This document shows positions 40,610 to 52,679 of a stretch of DNA of 64,000 nt, piece after piece. Position 1 is the stretch's first letter. Every line of letters starts with the position of its first letter. The position numbers and the translations under genes were made by a program. The notes under the pieces were generated by a model that saw only the letters and a list, made by a program, of their open reading frames with translations, ran no database searches and was not told the origin of the DNA. Source of the stretch: Camelus dromedarius. Lineage: Eukaryota. The stretch covers positions 79,548,001 through 79,612,000 of the forward strand of contig NC_087437.1 of assembly GCF_036321535.1 (NCBI RefSeq). The letters are read 5' to 3'.

Positions 40610-43249
40610 AATTGTGTCAAAAAGTAAGATACCTAAGAATAAACTTAACCAAGTAGGTAGAAGACCTATACATTAAAAACTATAAAACATTGATAAAGGA
40701 AATTGAATAAGATTCAAAGAAATGGAAAGATATTCCATGCTTTTGATTAGAAGATTATTAAAATAGACATAATACCCAAAGCAACTTACAGAATTAATGC
40801 AATCCCTAGAAAGATACTCATGACATTTTTCACAGAACTAGAACAACTAATCATAAAATTTATATGGAACCACAAAAGACCCAGAATTGCAAAAGCAATC
40901 CTGAAGAAAAAGAATAAAGCTAGAGGCATAACCCTTCCAGACTTCAGACTGTACTGCAAAACTAGAGTAATCAGAAGAGCATGGTATTGGCATAAAAACA
41001 GACATATAGATCAATGGAAAAGAGTAGAGAGCCCGGAAATAAACCCACACACCTACAGTCAATTAATCTATGACAAAAGAGACAAGAATATAGAATGGAG
41101 AAAAGACAGTCTCTTCCAACATGTGGTGTTGGGAAAGCTGAAGTGATATATTTAAATCAATGAAATTAGAACACTCCCTCACACCATATATAAAAATAAA
41201 CTCAAAATGATTTAAAGACCTAAAAGTAAGACATGACTCCATGAAATTTCTAGAAAAGGACATAGGCAAAACATCCTCTAACATAAATTGCAGCAATATT
41301 TTCTTAGATCAGTTTTCCAAAGCAAATGAAATAAAAGCAAAAATAAACAAATTAGACCTAATCAAAATTAAAAGCTTTCACACCTCAAAAGAAACCATAA
41401 ACAAAGCAGAAACATAATCTAAGGAATAGAAAAAATATTTGTAAATGATGCAACCAAAAAGGAGTTAACATCTAAAATACACAAATATCTCATATATATA
41501 TAACTCAAAGAAATAAACTCCATAAAAAATGGGCAGAAGACCTAAATAGACATTTCTTCAAAGAAGAAATACAGATGGACAACAGGCACATGAAAAAAAG
41601 CACATTGCTAAGTATCAGAGAAATGCGAATCAAAACCACAATGAGGTATCACCTCACGCTGGTGACAACGGCTATCATCAAAAAGTCTACAAATGATAAA
41701 TGCTGGAGAGGGTGTGGAGAAAAGGAAACCATAGTATGCTGTTGTTGGGAATGTAAATTGGTATAGCCACTATGGAGAACAGTATGGAGTTTCCTTAAAA
41801 AAATTAAAAATAGAGGTACCATATCATCCAGCAGTTTCATTCTTGGGTATATACCTGGAAAAGATGAAAACTCTAATTTGAAAAGATATATGCACCCCAA
41901 TGTTTATAGTAGCACTATTGACAATAGTCAAGACATGGAAACAACTCAAGTATCCATCAACAATGATTGGCTTAAGAAGTTGTGGTATACACACACACAC
42001 ATATACAGAATGGAATACTGCTCTGCCACAAAAAAGAAATATTGTTATTTGCAGTAACATGGATGGACCTATAGAGTATTACAGTTAGTGATACATGTCA
42101 GACAAAGGCAAATATTTGATTTCATACTTTATATGTGGAATCCAGAAAATGCAAATGAATCTATATACAAAACAGAAATAGACTCACATATAAACTTATG
42201 GTTACTAAAGGGGAAAGAGGGAGGAGGAATAAATTGGTAGTATGGGAATGACAGATAAAAACCATTATACATAAAATAGATAAGCAACAAGAATTTACTG
42301 TATAACATAGGGACCTGTATTTAACATCCTGTTAACCTATAACGGAAAATAATCCAGAAAAAAATGTAAATGAATCACTTTGCTGTACACCTGAAACTAA
42401 TACAATACTGTAAATCAACTATGCTTCAATAAAAAAACTTTTAAAGTATATTCAGTGTGAATTGAATAGGAATAATCAAAAGAAATGCAGCAGTAAAATG
42501 AGAACTAGATCTAGTTAGAACACTTGAAATCTTAGTGGATCCATTCATTCATAGCATTTTTTTTTTTTTGACATTCTCCACCTGCAATGTTTCATATTCT
42601 CTTAAAAGCATTTGTCAAGTCAACAGTAAGAGGAAAGGGTATGTTAATAGGCTTTAATTTAGTCAATGGTTTAAAATGAAATGAACTTAGAAGTTCTTGT
42701 TCTGTTGACATATTTTCAGAGATCTGAGGAGTGCATAGGCTGAAACTGGGGCATGGAACCAGAGGACAAGCATTCAGAGACCAAAACTGGAAATTACCAT
42801 GACTTTGGGACAAGATATTCATTAATTGGAAGGAAAATACTTGTAAGTAATTGAAGGTGAGGAAGAAGAATATTATTCACAATGAGGCTCTGAGACATAT
42901 CATCAAAGCTGAAATTTTTTTTTCTACACGTGAACAAAGCTGTATGTATCCACTGGGAAAATCTTTATGGAAAAAATTCTCTACTTCTCAGCCCAACCTT
43001 GACTCTTGAATGATACACCACGTGTTGCACTGAAAATTGGATTTTTTTAATTGCATATTCCTGATGTGGTTTTCTCAGCTAAGTGTTCTACTCCAAAATC
43101 ATGCCTATATCATACACACTAGGGAATATGGCAATGTTTTGTGTTTCAATTGTTAAATGTAAAAAATAAAAATAGAATTATAATAGAAGAAAATTTAAGT
43201 GAATATGTCTATCTATATTGCACACTCTAGAAAACTCCGAGCATGCGTT

Positions 43250-44530
43250 GAGAAAAAAAAGGACTACCAGTTCTGGCCATGATATAAGAAGTTATGAGAA
43301 ACTGTCATTCTCATACTAACCATGAAACAAGCTGGATAATACATAAAATTTTGGCTTGTCTTAAACCCATCAGAGCAGTGCTGTCTAATATAACTTTCTG
43401 TGATAATGAAAATGTTCTATATTTGCACTGTCCAATACAGCAGTCTTTAGCCACACATAGCTATTTAGCACTAGAAATGTGGCCAGTAGAACCGGGGAAT
43501 TTCAGTTTTACTGAATTTTAATTAAGTTTAAATATACATAGTCAAAAGTGGCTAGTACCTGCATTTTTAGCACAGCATCAGAGAGATGAGAACACAAAGA
43601 AAGCTAAACACACTAAATTACAGATAGTGTAGAGCCCTTCACAATAAAGAAGAAAACCATGGCTGCTTTCATCATTGGCAGAATATCAGAAGCACAGGGA
43701 ATTCTCTGGAAATGGAAGTAAGTAGAAACCAAATGAATTCTTAACATATTTTATCAGTCATAAATGGGCTGAAATGACAGATTTAAATCCTAAAGAGTTG
43801 TGGAGTAGTCTTCACACAGCCATCAATACCCTCTTCATCCTCTATCCTAGTCTTCACAAGACTTGAATCATGGGTTAGTGTGTCATGTCTGGGCAGGAGT
43901 CCTGCCAGACATTTCCCATGGCATAGCCAGTGTCTTCCCTGAATGCAATGCAGACATTTGAAGGCTAGGGCTAAGCAGAAGACAGAGAGAAATACTCTAG
44001 GCCTTGGTCAAATGCACTGCTGTGATGTTCCAAAGCTAAGGGCAGGGCAATAGTGTCAAAGGAGATCTCTCAAGATTCAGAAGTACAAGAACAAGACCAA
44101 AGAACAAAATAAATCCCTAATAAACCCCCAAACTGGTAGCCAGCCCATAAAGTGATAGAGATCTCTGCAATATTTCTAGTCTTTATGTTATAATCCTTGC
44201 ATAAGACCTTCAAACTATTTAAAGATAGCTATGAACTGATTCTAACTAAAGATGCAACAAATCTTGGGCCAACTTCAAATAGATTTGATTGACTCAGCTG
44301 CCCCCCACTGATACAAGTGGTCCAAAAAAAGAAGAGGCATGCCGTTGCTTGATCTTGAAATATATGTTATTCACTTCAGTCTCTACTGTTCTTTCACACA
44401 CAGTATCTGGAAGAGAAAATATGGAAAGCAAGATACAAAAAAAAAGCAAGAAATTCATGGCGGAGAAAGAAAATACTTCAGATAGTCAATAGAAGCAAAA
44501 TCAGAAAAGACGCAGATACTGAAAATTCCA
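43250..44530 (+). mobile_element. Ancient L1M 5' UTR-like remnant
   Basis: ggactaccagttctggcc...aagctggataa...ccatcagag start and aaggcatgccg...cttcagtctctactgttc...cagatactgaaa end resemble L1M 5' regions. Confidence 0.55.
43376..43575. mobile_element. MER3 hAT-Charlie MITE
   Basis: cagtgctgtctaatataactttctgtgataatgaaaatgttctatatttgcactgtccaata...gtggctagt; perfect 8-bp TSD catcagag (43368-43375, 43576-43583). Confidence 0.92.
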
Positions 44531-45677
44531 AAGTAGTCTATTCCCCAAGATCAAATCCTGGTGTCAAACAATGAACCTGGCCTTGAAGCACTATTTCATA
44601 TGGGGTAGATCATAGGTGTAGACTTTCAGCCACATATAGCTGTATCTTGATGAGAACCTACTAGGCTCAATGTTTCAATTTGACTTGCTTTCCACATTTT
44701 TTTTTTTGCGTTAGCTGCATGAAAAATGCACTAAAATGTACATTTTTAGTGGAATATATTAATTTTTTCCATTTTTATGTTATAATTTCGGTTTATGATA
44801 TGGACAGATGGGCCCAAACAATAAACATATGATACAACCTGAGCTACTGACCCTATTAATATTATTTAGCAATTATTTGTATAACATAACTGTTGTATTG
44901 AGGGTGTACTGCATAAAAAATTATTAATGCAAATCTTTAACGATGCATAGGATAATTTTATTCCTGCATATCTGAAAATTTATAATGCTTTGTGTGTCTT
45001 AAACAATACATGAGGAAGTGTAATGTCACAGGACACTGCTTTCATATATCCTGTTTATCCACAAAGGGAATTTCACATTCTCCAGTGCAATATATTGATT
45101 ATTGTCTATTTATTACCCTAGTTAGTCAATGTTCTCCCTCTTCACTTATGTTTCTATATTTCTGGTTCAGTGAAAGAAGGTGAAACTTTCCTCAACTATT
45201 TTCTCCTGTGTATTTTTCTTTTCAGAACCCCCATGTGTCTTTGGGGTTGGCAGAATATTTATTAAAATCCCTAAATTCATGGCATCTGAATGATACATGT
45301 ATCCTGTGTTGCTATGATTACTCCATTTGAAGGTGCAGTAGAATATTCAGGCTCAGTGAGCCAGCTCTCACCTTAATATGAAAATCCACATTAGATAAAT
45401 GCCTGATTTATATGATTTATAATTTAAGCAGTCTCCATTTTGAGGTGGTTAATGGGAATTTAAGGCAATAAAAGTAATTAAAATGCATTAGAAACATCAA
45501 AATTTTATTTATTATTAACTGACCAAGACTTTGAATCACTTTTTTTGCCTAATGTTTCATCAAAACTGAGGTTAAGAAAATGTAAGTAATTAAACCTGAG
45601 AAATTTATACTTAGTTTGTTGAACTTTCACTGGGTGCATTAATCAGCTAATTTGTACCAAAAGAGAAGCTTCTGTTG

Positions 45678-45790
45678 ATGTGTGTATGTATCTATCTATA
45701 CATATACATATAGCTATCTCTCTATATATATACAGATATATACATATATACACATATATATGTATGCGTGTGTATATGTGTGTGTATGTA
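45678..45790. repeat. Compound TA/CA/TG microsatellite
   Basis: Direct inspection. Confidence 0.9.
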
Positions 45791-46058
45791 TTTTACCCTT
45801 CACAGAGTAAACCATAAAATCAAACTATTTATACCAAACTATTATTACAAAGTAAATATCACCATTTGCCCACATTTTTCCAATGACGCTTGGCTACTGT
45901 AGGACCACACACTTTTTTTTTTTTTAAAGGAATGAAATATCTTTTGTGGAGCAATCAAACTTAACATTTTTGTGCATCTAATCACTTTAATTTCAAAATT
46001 ATCGCACTGCCAGTAGAGGTAAAATGCGATCTAACATGTCAGTCTCAGTCCTACTTAC

Positions 46059-46293
46059 AGTAAATTCTTTGCACGAATTGCTCTGCTTTTGTCAGTATAA
46101 TCCGACTGCCAATTTTGCTCATCCTCCTGTTTTCTAACTTGCTAGCAGAAAAAAGAACACTCCAGCTGCTTCAGCACATTTTGTGTTTTGTGGCTTTTGC
46201 GAATGTATATTCCCGCGTTTAATGCTATAGCTGTGATGTTCTATCCTCCCCCACATAGCCATATATTTCTAAACAATCTGTGAAGAAGCAGCT
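46059..46293 (-). other. Candidate exon (235 nt), non-coding or 5' UTR, in a CpG-retaining unique block
   Basis: Acceptor cttctattttattcctgttgattttattttcag| and donor ACT|gtaagt. Stop codons in all three frames within the 5' part. Confidence 0.4.
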
Positions 46294-46930
46294 CTGAAAA
46301 TAAAATCAACAGGAATAAAATAGAAGTGGTTGTGATCTACAGCACTTACTAGTGTCCACCCCCATGGAGATTAACACCACCACATGCCTAGACCAAAAAA
46401 AGTCCTCACGTTTCATTTTTTCTATTTTCATTTGTTAATAAACCCCTTCACATTATCAATTTAAAAGGAGAAAAATAAAGCATAGAAACATTAATAATTT
46501 GCAATGTTTTTACCTCATATTTTAACATTCTGATATATATATAGTAAAGTCGAGTCAGGGGAAAATACCCTTATATCTAAAATATGTAAATAATATGCTT
46601 TTCAAAATTGCTTTTCCAATTTATTCATTCAATAAATATTTTGAATACTGATTTGTACTAAGCAAATAAAGGTGTGCTTTATGATCTCAGAGTTTCATTG
46701 AGTTAACAAAGAAGTAATAAGTAATGTCAATATGTGTATTCTGTTCTTTACGAAGGCTATTTGTAAAACTGAGTGGTAAATAAGAACCTAGTAATTACTC
46801 CCTAGAGTTGTGGTCAAGATCTAAAGATACTTTTTCAGATGAGCAAGAAATTGACTGGATCTTGAGAGAGAAACAGGTATTCACTTGTATGTATATATTA
46901 TTATGTATAAATTCTTGCCAGGCTGGGTTT

Positions 46931-46993
46931 GATCTTGTCCCATCGGCATGTCCCATGGGCATGTCCCACGGTATGTCCCACGGTATGTCCCAC
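46931..46993. repeat. 12-13 bp minisatellite (gg[c/t]atgtccca[c/t]), about 5 units
   Basis: Direct inspection; it gives SHGMSHGMSH / WDIPWDIPWD in the ORF track. Confidence 0.9.
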
Positions 46994-49900
46994 AGGAACT
47001 TGGGTCTCTCCTGCACAAGTAGTCATCTACCACATGGCATAACTCTGCTAATAGTATTTTTTGCTTTATAGATACCACTGAAATAGATGAAATATGATGC
47101 CATTAAAGAAAACATATATTATTCTATAGGAATTATTCAATTATCAAGAATAACCTCTATTTTTGCATATATACAAGTACTGATATTTCTATAGGAATTA
47201 TATAATCAAACCAAGTTCTTACAGACATACCTAGAGCTTCAGGAAATTTAGATCTTTAAGTGATCTGTGTACCTATGTTATTTGCTGGAAAGACTGAGTG
47301 GATTCCAGGCATAAACTTTTGGAGATAACCAAGAAATTTAAGAAGACAATAATAAAGTAGGGACCAATGCTGTGAGTGTCAAGGAGAAAATGGAATTTGA
47401 ACCAGATGAAAAGTTATGAAGAATTGGGGAAAAAAAAAAGAATTTGGATTGGCAGAAGAAATGGGGATGGAATTCCAGAAATCAAATTTATGAAAAAACT
47501 CAAAGGTAAGGAAGGTGGACAATGAAGACATTATTTTGACTAGATAAGAGGGAGAAAATAGGGGAAAAAATCACACTTGAGGACAGGTCTTCAGTTTACT
47601 TTCTGAAATTCAGGGTTATATACTGATATTATCAGCCAAAGTCCTGAAACAAGAAATAAAATATTCCTACCACTTTACTAACCTCATTATTCCAGCATAC
47701 TCCCACTAAGGCCTACCATCCATTATAAAGACTTTTGTGGTACAAACTCAAAGTAATTTTGTGGTACAATAAAGGATGCTGAGCTCAGGCTTCTAGGCAA
47801 AAATAAGCATCTTTTGCTCTGCTCACTACCACCAAAGCATTGTTGCCTAAATTGTAAGCACTATGATCAACTCTTTCCTGTCAATTAATTGTTCACTGAA
47901 TTGATTTATAAGATATATCACTTTCTCCTGCCTTTCTTTTTTTTTTTTTTTAAAAACAGTACAGCTATTGCATTTATTCTTTTATTTCCACAATCTAATG
48001 CCTTCAAAAAAAGTAGGTATTCAATACACATTTGTGAATAAAAATAAAATTTCACTATTTCTCCTGCCTTTCTTAATGTAACCCTTAAAAACCTCCTATA
48101 CCCTAATTGCTGGTGCATGTGACAAAGTTATTTTTAACTTGTAAATTTAATAAAATTCACAGAGCAACACCCCAATGCTTATTAGTAAAATGGGTTAATG
48201 GAAGTCTTGAGTTTTGTTTTTCATCTTTGTCTTTTCTTAAGATTAGAAGAAAATGCAAATCATAGATGAGATGAACCAGAGAAGGTAATAGAAAATCTGA
48301 TTTTCTGGGATTCTAAACACTGAGATTTTTAAGTATAGAAAATTTGAACTAGAATTATATGCTTGGGAGGGTTCATCTAGTGCTTTATAATTACTGTAAA
48401 TTTTATCTCCACAAATAGCCTATACATTCCATGACAATGGGGATTATATGCAGTGCCAGGTATATCATAGCACCACAATAGCTACTGTTGAGAGAATGCA
48501 TGGATAGACACTATTTGGCAGGAAGTTCTAAACATACAGAAGGGTTGATAAGTATGAATTTATGACATGCAATGAGAAGAATACAAAAAGAGTATCTTCA
48601 TAAGAGTCTCTGAACAACTTTTCCATAAGTAACTTTAGATATTAGCAGGGAAATAGCAAATTCTATTGCATAATTAAAATAATAACTAACCAGCTGGAAT
48701 CTCTTTGAGATTCAGATCCCTTTTCTCACAATGACCTTTTCATAAGCCAGCGTAAGCAACTGAGAATCCTGACAACAAAACATTCTGACCTAATTATGCA
48801 CCATTTGCAGCTGTTTCAAAGTGGTATGACACTAAACCCAGTCAACAAAGCTTAAGGAAAATATAACCTATATGAGAAACTGGGCTATCTAACAATGTTG
48901 TGTTCCCTGTAGATGTGTAAAGTCTGTGCTATTTTATAAATATGATCTAAGATTCTAGATTCTTTTGAAATCAGGAACCTTTGCAGACAGCACTAGGCCA
49001 TCACAGTCTCATTAACTTTCACAATGTTCATTCGGTCTTCCAACCAGAAGTTGTTGACAGTCCTTCCCTCTCAAATCTCTCATCAATTCATGCTTATGTG
49101 GCCTCAGCAGAGCTAGTAATTTGCATGCCAAGTTGCCAAAATGCAGCTGTTACCATTTTCATGACTATACGTAATTATCTCAAAATATATGTTCTTCCAG
49201 TGAGAGAGAATAAACTACAGGGGAGAAAATGGCCACTTGTCCCCTGCTCCTGCCCCCATATAACAAATCACCTTCACCTGCCTCCCTTCCCCTTGTACCT
49301 TTAATCCATTTTCTGTGTAACATTCTTTTGCAATAAAAATGCCTAATTTCCTCTTAAACTTATTTATACCATTTGCCTTAATTGCCTTATGTTCCTCCTT
49401 ATTTCTTATATTTATTACCCATTGAGCAAAACCTAACTGAATTCATTCTGAATGAACTAAAATATGCACAAGAATAAAATGTTGCATGCCCTATTTCATT
49501 CCATTGAATATGCTTAATCACAATGAATACACGATTCTTCCTCTTTGTCTAATAAGAAAATTAAATGCTAGGTGGTTTACAAAGCTCTTAAGTCTATTCA
49601 GTTGACCATCTTGTAGAAAAAAAAAAGTAACTCTTTAAATGTTCTGTGATTCAGTTTTCTTCCTGAATTTCTACGATGCAGTTTTCTCCTTGGAACATGG
49701 TAAATTTCAGTAATTATATTTTTGTATGTGACTTGCAAAAAACATGCATCAATTCCACATTCACGTTTCAGAAGGACAAAACCTTTGCTCTGTCTGATAG
49801 GTAGCTATTTACGCTGATCTCAGGATACAGTAGTGAACTGTCTACCATCTCTCAACGGGAGAATTACTGTTCCACAAAGCAAAGGGATACTTTTTTAACA

Positions 49901-52679
49901 AAATATAAAAAAAAAAATTACTAAGAATTTTATTTTGTTACAATTATTTTATTAAATATGGAGATTTTTTTCCCTCAATTTTCAAAGATTTTTAATTCAG
50001 TGAACTGTAAGGCAACACATTAAAATGCAGGAAAAAATTATTTTTGGTTTGTCCTGTGCATCATTTCCACTGGTTAATATGCTAAGGGTTAATGTTCTTC
50101 CATTGTAAAATTAGGAAGTAGAGCATTTTGTAGTCACAACATTACTGGGGACATCTGGCAGGACATGTTAATAATAGAGTGGGAGTTTTGACATGGTAGA
50201 TTGTCAGCACTATTTTTTTTTCATAGATCTGGAAATGATCAAGAACTTTTGCAAATCAGATACAATGAATGGCCATCATAATAATGTAAATCAAGCACTG
50301 AGCCAATTAGTTGTTCTCAGGAAGAAGCGACTCAAGAGGGTAAAAAAATTCAACATGAAGACTAGGGATTCATGCTCTTACAGAAATGAACACATGAAGT
50401 TGAATGTGCATGCAGAATGTCCCAATTTAGTACAATTTCACAAATCTCATCTCCACAAATTCTCTATCCAGTTAGTCTCTGTTTTATACAAATAATGACT
50501 ATGAAAGTATAATGAGCTTTCTGTTAAGATTCACAACTAATTTTTGGTCTGAACAATTGGGTTACTTCAGTTACCACTTCCAGGATGATACTCTGTTTCT
50601 AAGTATGGGAGCAGTAGATCAAGGGAATAAAATGGGGCTTCCTGCATCAATATAAAATTTATCATTCTAATATTAAATTTGATTTCTTTATTTGACTTAC
50701 TTAAATCTGCCTGTGTTCTTTCATTATTTAAACTATGAAGGCATAATAATTCAAAGGACAATGCTCCATCATATTTGTTCTACTGAAGCTATAGAAATTC
50801 AACCACGTAGTCCTTGTCCAATGTATGTACACTGCTGCAAATAATCCGGTTTATACACAAGGTTTTCGTCCTTTCAAGTATTTAGTCATGTCAGGAATAA
50901 AATGTGATTTTATGATTATATTGTCCTGACAGGTTCAAATAATAGGTGGAGATTTTACTTAAAGTATTTGCAGAGGCTAGGTATTGTAGAGTTCCTTTCA
51001 GTTTATCACTTAAACATCAAATGTACTTATTACTAAGAATAATTATGTGACAAAGATGATCTAGATTTAAAAACAACTAAATTCATCTTAATTATATTTT
51101 TTCCTTTCCTTCCTCATCTATTCCAATTTTTCTTTGTCAAGTATTTTAAGTGTCTGACAAAACAAGTATTTTTTTAAATTTAACTTTTAAGAAAACTATG
51201 AATATCAAATTTCCAGTATGAAGATAGTTCTGGAAAGATGCAAGATTACAACTATTCAAGCTGGGATGCTGGGCAGATACCAGAAAATAAGAATTATGGT
51301 CCATTATATTCCACTAGTCCATGTGTATCTTCTCAGAAGTAACACTGACATGTGAAGTAATTAATTAATTCTTTGAAACTCTTAGGCTCCCTTTAATAAT
51401 ACAATGGTCTATACAAAGAGATCTCAGCGGACCTGAAAGAGTTTGTTACTTCCAAGGACCTGCCTTGCTTCTAATGATTAATTTATACACTAGGGAAATT
51501 TAGTTAATAATTAAATTGGTCATTTTTGTCTATAGCCAAAGATACATCTATCTTTGAAAGATAGATGGGTGGCAGGAATTGTTTAAAATGTTCCTAATTA
51601 TTTCATTATCATTTTGAAATTCCTCTGTTAAAGACAATAATGGCTATTAAAATATAAAAGAATAGTGAAAAATCTTTTGTTTTTGTGCCTAATTATTTTT
51701 TGCTCATGCAAAAAATATCTTTATAATGCAGAAGATACTTTTCCTCTGTTCCTTGTAATAACAGAAGAATGTTTACCACAGAATCTTGGGTGACTCCAAC
51801 ACTTGCAATGTAAAATTATCTGCTCCACTACCACCTCTCCAAAACTGGGTTTTAAATTCCCAATTTAAGGAATCAATTAAGTAGACGATCTAATCAAAAT
51901 CAATATAGTTTTTGGTAATTACTTGTGTGATGCACATAAAATTATCAGGTATTATATTAAGTTATCTGATAATAAAACTGTTTTGTATTAGCACAATTAT
52001 ACCATTTGTGAGTGTTGCCAAGAATCAATTGGCGCCAAAAATCTTAATTACACAAGAAGATGAATAGTAAATCTATTTTTTTTCTACTTATACTTCTAAC
52101 TATAGCGTTGATTTGGCTCTATTGATATATTTTTCCTTTTTCCCTCTACTGTTTATACTTTGAGGTTGAATCAAATTGCTAACTTTGTTTCCAAACCATA
52201 GAACGGTCTCGCAGCAACATAGCTGAAGGAGGAGTTTCTTTACATACTACAAGTATTCTTGGACCTGGCATTCTCCTTGAGAGGTGACCAGGCCTAATCT
52301 AATCTATTGATTCTAATAAGATCATATTGAACACATTCTGGAAAAGTGAAGCAATGCTCTTTTGATAACTCTTCCATATACTTAACTCAACTGGAGGAAT
52401 GATTCCTTACATTAAATACTTACGGTAAATCCAAATCATTGATGATGCAATTAATGCCAGATTCCCTAATATATCTTTAAACTAAAAAATAGGCATTTCA
52501 TAAAATTCTTACCATTCATCCTCTTAGTTAAGATTTAGTTGTCTGTTTCTCTAAGTAAAATATGTGTTACTTTGAGTAAAATCAGAAGGATGTAACTCCC
52601 CACCTTTCCTCCTTCTGTTCCTCCCTTCCTGCTTTCTTTATTTACCTCCATGGTTCTTTTCTCTGTATATGAAAGTACA

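Larger units (their letters stand above)
33891..42437 (+). mobile_element. Originally full-length artiodactyl-type L1 (host element), degraded, with an internal deletion and two nested insertions
   Basis: 5' UTR starts ggggaagggg...caagatagca (decayed YY1 box); ORF1 remnants about 35100-35850; ORF2 start about 36325; resumes at 40626 and runs to 3' UTR and A tail. Degenerate TSD aaaaatgtctaaag (33878-33891) / aaaaacttttaaag (42433-42446). Confidence 0.93.

Noticed and set aside
36325..42100. Functional reverse transcriptase / ORF2 gene
   Set aside because: Broken into many short frames by stops and frameshifts.
38740..42437. Apparent tandem duplication or misassembly of the L1 3' half
   Set aside because: The two copies are diverged, have different 3' UTRs and are explained by a TSD-bounded nested insertion.
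46931..46993. CRISPR-like array or repeat-protein CDS
   Set aside because: No unique spacers, eukaryotic context and no coding support; it is a minisatellite.
52029..52040. E2F-like site TTGGCGCCAAAA
   Set aside because: Isolated motif with no CpG island or promoter context.
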